Positions 58,299 through 64,000 of a stretch of 64,000 nucleotides of DNA are shown one piece after another; within the stretch, counting starts at the first letter, position 1; each line of letters begins with the position of its first letter. The DNA lies in the NCBI GenBank assembly GCA_031254195.1, contig JAIRUW010000031.1:29922-93921 (forward strand). The letters run 5' to 3'. A model generated the notes under the pieces. The model was not told the DNA's origin, ran no database searches, and worked only from the letters and a program-made list of their open reading frames with translations. Source of the DNA: Oscillospiraceae bacterium. GTDB taxonomy: Bacteria; Bacillota; Clostridia; Oscillospirales; UBA929. The translations under genes and the position numbers were made by a program.

Positions 58299-60688
58299 TG
58301 GAGAGATATGACCCTAAGGCAATCGAGCCAAAATGGCAGAAAACCTGGCTGGAAAACGGATGCTTCCGCGCCGGCGATGAGAGCGGCAAAGAGAGGTTTT
58401 ACGCCCTCATCGAGTTCCCTTACCCGTCCGGCGTGGGACTGCATATCGGGCATCCGCGCCCTTACACGGGCATGGACGTTTTGGCGCGCGCGCGGCGGAT
58501 GCAAGGGTATAATGTGCTCTTCCCGATCGGCTGGGATGCGTTTGGCCTGCCCGCCGAGAATTACGCTATCAAAAACAACATCCACCCCGCCGAGGTTGTA
58601 AGACACAACGTGGAGCACTTCCGCGGGCAGATACGGCGGCTTGGGTATTCCTTTGACGACGCCCGCGAGGTCAACACGACCGACCCGGATTACTATAAAT
58701 GGACGCAGTGGATTTTCCTCAAGATGGTGGAGCATGGATTGGCTTACAAAGCCGATGTGCCGGTCAACTGGTGCCCTTCGTGCAAGTGCGTCCTGGCCAA
58801 CGAAGAGGTCGTCGGCGGGCTGTGCGAGAGGTGCGAAGCCCCTGCCGAACACCGGGACAAGAGCCAATGGATGCTGAAGATCACACAGTACGCCCAGCGG
58901 CTGCTGGACGATTTGGATTTATGTGAGTTCCCGGCCCGCGTCGCGGCGCAGCAGCGCAACTGGATCGGGCGCAGCGAGGGCGCGGAGATACTTTTTGCCA
59001 TTGCGGGAACCGATGAATCCTTACGCGTATATACCACCCGCCCGGATACCCTGTTTGGGGCGACTTATATGGTCATTTCGCCTGAGCACCCGCTGATCGG
59101 ACGTTTGGAAAGCCGGATTCAGAACCTTGCCGAGGTAGACGGTTACCGCAAGGCGGCGGCGCGGAAAAGCGATTTTGAGCGAACCGAGCTTGTCAAGGAC
59201 AAAACCGGCGTGCGGCTGGACGGCATCACCGCCGTCAACCCTGCGACCGGAAATGACATCCCTATTTATGTGTCGGATTATGTGCTGATGAGCTATGGCA
59301 CCGGAGCCATCATGGCGGTGCCGGGGCATGATACCCGCGACTGGGAGTTTGCGAGGGCGTTCGGGCTGCCCATTGTAGAGGTCGTCGCGGGCGGGGATAT
59401 AAGCAAGGAAGCCTTCACCGATACCGAAACGGGGACGATGGTCAATTCCGGCTTCCTCAACGGTATGGAGGTCGCCGAAGCGAAGAAAACCATAGCCAAA
59501 TGGCTGCAAGGCAAGGGGCTGGGGGAGCCAAAGGTGCGGTATAAGCTGCGCGACTGGGTCTTTGCCCGCCAGCGCTACTGGGGCGAGCCGATCCCGATTA
59601 TACACTGTCCGCAATGCGGGATGGTGCCGCTGCCGGAGGATCAGCTGCCCTTGAAGCTGCCCGAGGTGCAGAACTATAAACCCACCGACACCGGCGAAAG
59701 CCCGCTGGCGGCTATCGGAGAGTGGGTCAACACGACATGCCCCCAGTGCGGCGGGGCCGCCCGGCGCGAAACCGACACCATGCCCCAATGGGCCGGATCG
59801 TCATGGTATTTCCTGCGTTATGCCGACCCGCATAACCAAAACGAGCTGGCTTCCAAGGAAGCCCTGCGCCGGTGGATGCCGGTAGACTGGTACAACGGCG
59901 GCATGGAGCATACGACACTGCATCTGCTGTACAGTCGATTTTGGCATAAGTTTCTATATGACATAGGGGTTGCGGAACAGCCGGAGCCGTATATAAAACG
60001 TACCAGCCACGGGTTTATTTTGGGTTCGGACGGCACGAAAATCTCCAAATCTAAGAACAACGGCATGGACCCCGATGTGATCATGCGCGAGTACGGCGCG
60101 GACACGCTGCGTTTGACGATTCTGTTTATCGGCGATTTTGAAAAGGGCTGCCAGTGGTCGGAAAAAGCCATCAAGGGCTGCCGCCGCTTCCTCGAACGCG
60201 TTTGGGCCGTGAAGCCCGGCGCGTCAGCAGTCGATGAGGTGAAGCTGCATCAAACGGTCAAAAAGGTCACTGAGGATATAGAGGGATTAAAATTCAACAC
60301 CGCCATCGCCGCCATGATGTCGCTGCTTTCGGTGATGGAGAAGGGCTGTTCACAGTTCGACATGAACGTCTTTCTGCGCTTGCTGTCGCCGTTCGCGCCG
60401 CATATCAGCGAGGAGATGTGGGCGCGGCAGGGGGAGAAAGGGCTGTGCTGCGAAGCCGCTTGGCCGCAATACGACCCCGCCAAGACGGTGGAAGATACGG
60501 TTGAACTGGCGGTGCAGGTCAACGGAAAACTGCGCGGCACGGTGACAGTCGCGCGCGGGTGCGAAAATGATACCGCCGCTGCCGCCGCGTTGGGAACCGA
60601 GCGGGTCAAGGCTATCGCCGAAGGGCGTGAGCCGGTCAAGGTTATTGTAGTACCGGATAAACTGGTGAATCTGATCTTCAAGGGATAG
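58298..60688 (+). CDS. leuS: Leucine--tRNA ligase
   Basis: 796 aa with 'FPYPSGVGLHIGH' (HIGH) and 'KISKSKNNG' (KMSKS), plus a CP1 editing domain. Confidence 0.96.
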   Translation: MERYDPKAIEPKWQKTWLENGCFRAGDESGKERFYALIEFPYPSGVGLHIGHPRPYTGMDVLARARRMQGYNVLFPIGWDAFGLPAENYAIKNNIHPAEVVRHNVEHFRGQIRRLGYSFDDAREVNTTDPDYYKWTQWIFLKMVEHGLAYKADVPVNWCPSCKCVLANEEVVGGLCERCEAPAEHRDKSQWMLKITQYAQRLLDDLDLCEFPARVAAQQRNWIGRSEGAEILFAIAGTDESLRVYTTRPDTLFGATYMVISPEHPLIGRLESRIQNLAEVDGYRKAAARKSDFERTELVKDKTGVRLDGITAVNPATGNDIPIYVSDYVLMSYGTGAIMAVPGHDTRDWEFARAFGLPIVEVVAGGDISKEAFTDTETGTMVNSGFLNGMEVAEAKKTIAKWLQGKGLGEPKVRYKLRDWVFARQRYWGEPIPIIHCPQCGMVPLPEDQLPLKLPEVQNYKPTDTGESPLAAIGEWVNTTCPQCGGAARRETDTMPQWAGSSWYFLRYADPHNQNELASKEALRRWMPVDWYNGGMEHTTLHLLYSRFWHKFLYDIGVAEQPEPYIKRTSHGFILGSDGTKISKSKNNGMDPDVIMREYGADTLRLTILFIGDFEKGCQWSEKAIKGCRRFLERVWAVKPGASAVDEVKLHQTVKKVTEDIEGLKFNTAIAAMMSLLSVMEKGCSQFDMNVFLRLLSPFAPHISEEMWARQGEKGLCCEAAWPQYDPAKTVEDTVELAVQVNGKLRGTVTVARGCENDTAAAAALGTERVKAIAEGREPVKVIVVPDKLVNLIFKG

Positions 60689-60697
60689 CTCTGATAT

Positions 60698-60741
60698 GAA
60701 TGGGAAGGAGCTGCGCTCTGATGAGCGGCATCTTCCCATTC
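60698..60741 (+). terminator. Long imperfect hairpin after leuS (possible terminator; no clear U-tract)
   Basis: The outer 10-bp stem is GAATGGGAAG/CTTCCCATTC, with an inner GCGCTC/GAGCG pairing. Confidence 0.35.
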
Positions 60742-60773
60742 TTCCGGCGCGGCGTCAAAATATGAAAAAACAC

Positions 60774-60802
60774 TTGACACCTGTCTTCGCTTTTGGTATA
60801 AT
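60774..60802 (+). promoter_or_regulatory. Consensus sigma-70 promoter (TTGACA-17 nt-TATAAT) with an A-rich upstream region, driving the tRNA locus
   Basis: Both hexamers match the consensus exactly, TTGACA at 60774-60779 and TATAAT at 60797-60802. The upstream sequence is 'caaaatatgaaaaaa'. Confidence 0.75.
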
Positions 60803-60927
60803 AATTGAGCTTTCATGTGAACAGGGGTCATCCCCGCCGCGTGAATGGCACACGCTTTTTGTGTCGAAATGAGAATGGAAGACAAAAGCGAAATTGTTGC
60901 AAAAACACCGTATAACCGAATAAATGT

Positions 60928-60976
60928 GGGGGTATAGCTCAGCTGGGAGCGCACCTTATACGGTAAACCACCCCCA
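60928..60976 (+). pseudogene. tRNA-like element: tRNA-Ala-type 5' acceptor/D-arm joined to a matching 3' acceptor strand, with the anticodon and T arms missing
   Basis: GGGGGTATAGCTCAGCTGGGAGCGC matches the 5' part of Ala-type tRNAs. The 3' ACCCCCA pairs with the 5' GGGGGT. No T-arm (GTTCGAATC-like) and no anticodon arm can be folded. Confidence 0.5.
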
Positions 60977-61037
60977 ATTTCCACCCCGCATGAATGGCAC
61001 ACAAAAACTGAATATTTTTCTCAATCTTGATAAACCA

Positions 61038-61114
<77 letters not shown>

Positions 61115-61132
61115 CACATGAGAGGGATGAAA

Positions 61133-61175
61133 GTGATATATAATTGCTGAAACGGCAATTATATATCACTTTTTC
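61133..61175 (+). terminator. Rho-independent terminator of the tRNA transcription unit
   Basis: Perfect 15-bp stem GTGATATATAATTGC/GCAATTATATATCAC with a 7-nt loop, followed by T5. Confidence 0.85.
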
Positions 61176-61205
61176 CTTGTCTGCGTTTCTTTATTCCGAT
61201 TGTCC

Positions 61206-61296
61206 CCGAAACCCGAAACCCCGTCTGCGACCGTCTAAAACCCACAAAAACCGTCTGATAGGCAAACCATAGGCAAACCCCAGACACAGGCAAACC
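61206..61296 (+). repeat. Block of three families of short same-orientation direct repeats in a C/A-rich, G-poor tract
   Basis: CCGAAAC occurs twice in tandem (61206, 61213). CCGTCT occurs three times (61221, 61231, 61251; spacing 10 and 20 bp). AGGCAAACC occurs three times (61260, 61271, 61288). Confidence 0.7.
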
Positions 61297-61335
61297 CCTT
61301 GCAACCACTACAAAATTACGCGCCCCGAACATAGA

Positions 61336-61363
61336 AAATCCGCTCCAACGATGGGGCGGATTT
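61336..61363 (-). terminator. Terminator-like hairpin downstream of the surface-protein gene
   Basis: Stem AAATCCGC/GCGGATTT with a 12-nt loop. On the - strand it is followed by TCTATGTT. It lies about 30 nt after the stop at 61396. Confidence 0.55.
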
Positions 61364-61395
61364 CTTCATGGGTATCGCAAAGGGTACGCTGGACA

Positions 61396-63924
61396 CTACT
61401 TGATATTGTTGAATGTCATTATGCTCTCCTGTCGGGTGTATATGCCTTTCGGACTGAACACAAGCGCGGTCGTACTGGTGCCGCCCATAATCTCGTTGTT
61501 GCGTACAAAGTTTATGCCGTCCACTGCCCACGGTGACGCTGTGCCTATGTCAGTAAATCCGGCATTCGTGGTTTTGCTCACGTCCATACCCGCCGCCCTG
61601 CAAGTGTTCATAATCATGGTTGCCGCCTGTTCACGGGTAAATTGTCCGTTCGGGGTGAACACGCCGGACTTGTCAGCGGTGGGTGCTGTCGTGCCGTTGG
61701 TAATGCCAAGGGCATAAGCCGCCAATATATCCTTGTCGGCGGTGTCTGCAAATGCGTCCTGTCTGCGTGACTTTCCCTGTTCAGTCAGAATCGTGTCAAT
61801 GCCTTTCCCTGTCTTGTATTCAAGCCACTTTATCGCCATGCGGCAGAACTCCGCGCGGGTTATGGTGTTCTTGTAATTGTCCTGTATATCAGCGGGAACA
61901 AAGCCTTTGCCAATTGCGCTTGTAATTCCGGCTTTTGCCCAGTCTGCGGCGGTGTCGAGGGTGTTTGAGGGGGTGGGGGTGGTTGCGCCCGGTGCAGTTC
62001 CGGCAATAAATGTAATTTCATTCTCTTTTGCGTATTTTTCAGCTTCAGAACCCACAGAGCCGTATATAGTTAATCCTTTGATGGGTGCGGTACTCCAAAA
62101 CGGAACTTCTTCACCCATTACAATAGCCGTAGAGACTTGTTGCATACCTGAAAATGCGGATGTACCGATTTTAGCCACGCTATCAGGTATGGTTACATCT
62201 TTAAGACTGAGACAATCATAAAACGCCCAACTGCCGATTTCCGTTACGCTGTTTGGTATTGTTACACTATTTAATTCTATACAACCAGCAAACGCCCTTT
62301 CTGCAATTTTTGTCGTGCCATTTGGAATAGTGACCGCACCGCCTGTTCCGTTGTACTTAACGAGTACACTGTTGAATACACTGTTTTCAAATACAAAACC
62401 GTCAGCCGTAACTATCGGAGTGGTTGGTGCGGGTTCAGTGAATGCGGGGGAAGGAGGGGTCAGACCTAAAACCTCGTCACATGGAAGCCGATAGATGTAA
62501 TTTGCTTTGGGTTGCATATTCTTTTCTTTGGGCGACACCCAAACAATATCGCCGTTATATAATATGGGCTTGGAATTATCGGCAAAGTAAACATCAGGGT
62601 AAGAAACCCTGTTTTTCACATTGCCTGAACCGTCAATTACAACAGCATGAAACGCCCTCTCCTTAATGGCTAAAAAATCCCTGCCATCTCCGTAAACAAT
62701 AACATTGAACAAAACAACAAAAGTATTTTCATCAATCTTTACGGTTCGAGGACTTTCAACGCTTACATTTCCTTCCGGGTCATAAGTTGTAATCCATTTG
62801 AAATCATAGTTGCTGTTATCTTTTGACGCTGTTATAAGGTAAATATTACGGCAATAAACTTTAGGCGTACTTCCTTGGTAATTATACCCTGTTTTGCCCG
62901 ACACCGCATTGCTATGCGGAACAGAGCTGCCGGTCACAAGAATTGAATTGCGCGCAACATCCAATGTTCCAGCAGTGGTGCCTGTGTAGTTTTCTCCAGT
63001 GTTGCCTAACAAGTCAAAAAGGACGTTCCTTTTATATTCGTGATTGGCAGAAAGCCCAGATAATGACACAGGTAATGTGGATTGCAAACAAACTCCTCTA
63101 GGATTTCCATCGCCGTGATCTACATAATAAACCCTGTTTCCGTCAGTAGCTATAAGCTGCTGGAAAGAGTGAGAAACAAAAAACTGTGGATTAGAGTCAA
63201 TAAACTGCATAGTATTTGTGTCAATGTAAAAAGAGATATTAACTTGATGCTTTAATCCATCACTGCTCTTAAATTGTCTCCGGCTCGAATGAACGTACAA
63301 TACGCCGTCTTTTACTAGCATACTGCAATTTCCGGCAGAAAAAGGGTTTTCGATTCCCCGGCTATCAGACCGGGGCTTACCAGAAACTGAACCTGTGCCG
63401 GTATGTTTCCAGTCGCGGTCATATCGGAGAATTTGGATGACAGTCTTCGTTGTTGATTCTTCACTGTTATCACACCCAACGGCTACATAAAAATAACCGT
63501 CTGACCCCGCATGAAAACCACCCCATAACGGAAAGCCGTTGGGAGTAGCAATCTCTTTTTTGTCAATCAATACATAATTTTGGTTATACCGAAAAATCCA
63601 AAATTTTTGGCTGTACTTTTCTGTCAACCGACCGGTGCTATCTAATGTTATATCCGCAATTACAACGCAAAGATTGCCGGAGCCGTCAATATAATACGCC
63701 GCTATATCAGGGCTTGTAAAATTTGATAGACTTGATGAGCTGTATCTCTTTTGACTGCCAGAACCACTACTAGCCACGTAGCTGTCATACGAACCATAAG
63801 ACAGCCCATGCAAATCAATTTCCGCATCAATCAGACCCGCCCCTGCCGCCTGTGCGGGGACTGCCGGAACGAGCGCGACAACTATCAGCAACGCTAGCGA
63901 GAGGGACAAAAGACGCTTTTTCAT
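61396..63924 (-). CDS. Cell-surface protein: signal peptide, large beta-rich N-terminal domain, BspA-type leucine-rich repeats, C-terminal SLH (S-layer homology) repeats
   Basis: Start 'MKKRLLSLSLALLIVVALVPAVPAQA' after the SD AAAGGAG. The LRR is 'VTIPNGTTKIAERAFAGCIELNSVTIPNSVTEIGSWAFYDC.SLKDVTIPDSV'. The SLH-like segments include 'FADTADKDILAAYALGITNG' and 'FTDIGTASPWAVDGINFV'. It is AT-richer than the core genes. Confidence 0.8.
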   Translation of the reverse strand: MKKRLLSLSLALLIVVALVPAVPAQAAGAGLIDAEIDLHGLSYGSYDSYVASSGSGSQKRYSSSSLSNFTSPDIAAYYIDGSGNLCVVIADITLDSTGRLTEKYSQKFWIFRYNQNYVLIDKKEIATPNGFPLWGGFHAGSDGYFYVAVGCDNSEESTTKTVIQILRYDRDWKHTGTGSVSGKPRSDSRGIENPFSAGNCSMLVKDGVLYVHSSRRQFKSSDGLKHQVNISFYIDTNTMQFIDSNPQFFVSHSFQQLIATDGNRVYYVDHGDGNPRGVCLQSTLPVSLSGLSANHEYKRNVLFDLLGNTGENYTGTTAGTLDVARNSILVTGSSVPHSNAVSGKTGYNYQGSTPKVYCRNIYLITASKDNSNYDFKWITTYDPEGNVSVESPRTVKIDENTFVVLFNVIVYGDGRDFLAIKERAFHAVVIDGSGNVKNRVSYPDVYFADNSKPILYNGDIVWVSPKEKNMQPKANYIYRLPCDEVLGLTPPSPAFTEPAPTTPIVTADGFVFENSVFNSVLVKYNGTGGAVTIPNGTTKIAERAFAGCIELNSVTIPNSVTEIGSWAFYDCLSLKDVTIPDSVAKIGTSAFSGMQQVSTAIVMGEEVPFWSTAPIKGLTIYGSVGSEAEKYAKENEITFIAGTAPGATTPTPSNTLDTAADWAKAGITSAIGKGFVPADIQDNYKNTITRAEFCRMAIKWLEYKTGKGIDTILTEQGKSRRQDAFADTADKDILAAYALGITNGTTAPTADKSGVFTPNGQFTREQAATMIMNTCRAAGMDVSKTTNAGFTDIGTASPWAVDGINFVRNNEIMGGTSTTALVFSPKGIYTRQESIMTFNNIK

Positions 63925-64000
63925 TGGGACACACTCCTTTTTGTTTCGGGTATTAAATACCCTGCACTTCATAAATTATACCCCATGCTTTATTAAACAT

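Overview
This is a GC-rich chromosomal segment that looks like a Clostridia-type Firmicute, judged from gene content and order; that assignment is an inference. It carries the replication-initiation cluster dnaA-dnaN-recF-DUF370(remB-like)-gyrB-gyrA. From about 11.3 kb to 60.7 kb there is a near-unbroken run of + strand housekeeping genes. In order these are rnhA, nifS/nifU, a complete rnfCDGEAB operon, a giant BcrAD/BadFG activase-dehydratase-like fusion, and ftsEX with an M23 peptidase and an S41 protease. They continue with greA-lysS, dprA-topA-trmFO, plsX-rnc-smc-ftsY, rdgB-nadD-yqeK-LCP-rsfS-leuS, and a tRNA-Ala(GGC) locus. The left 11 kb holds trpS, a WecA/TagO-type transferase, and a visibly AT-richer accessory patch. 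That patch contains an orphan membrane protein, an XRE-HTH/methyltransferase, a HAD-Hpt fusion and an alpha/beta hydrolase. It is followed by rpe and glgP on the - strand. The right end is an AT-richer gene for an LRR/SLH cell-surface protein. I saw no CRISPR array, transposase, integrase, rRNA or recognisable defence system, so most of the window is ordinary core genome. The observations most worth a second look are: (1) a Cof-type HAD phosphatase fused to a degenerate receiver-like segment and an Hpt domain; (2) an RnfG that lacks the flavinylation motif; (3) ftsE and smc, whose conserved N-termini have no canonical start codon (ACG and CTG sit at the homologous positions behind good SD sequences); (4) a structured tRNA-Ala leader containing an internally deleted tRNA-like element and an anticodon-arm-like hairpin; and (5) a block of phased direct repeats between the tRNA terminator and the surface-protein gene. 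All calls come from reading the sequence and the ORF translations. No database search was run.
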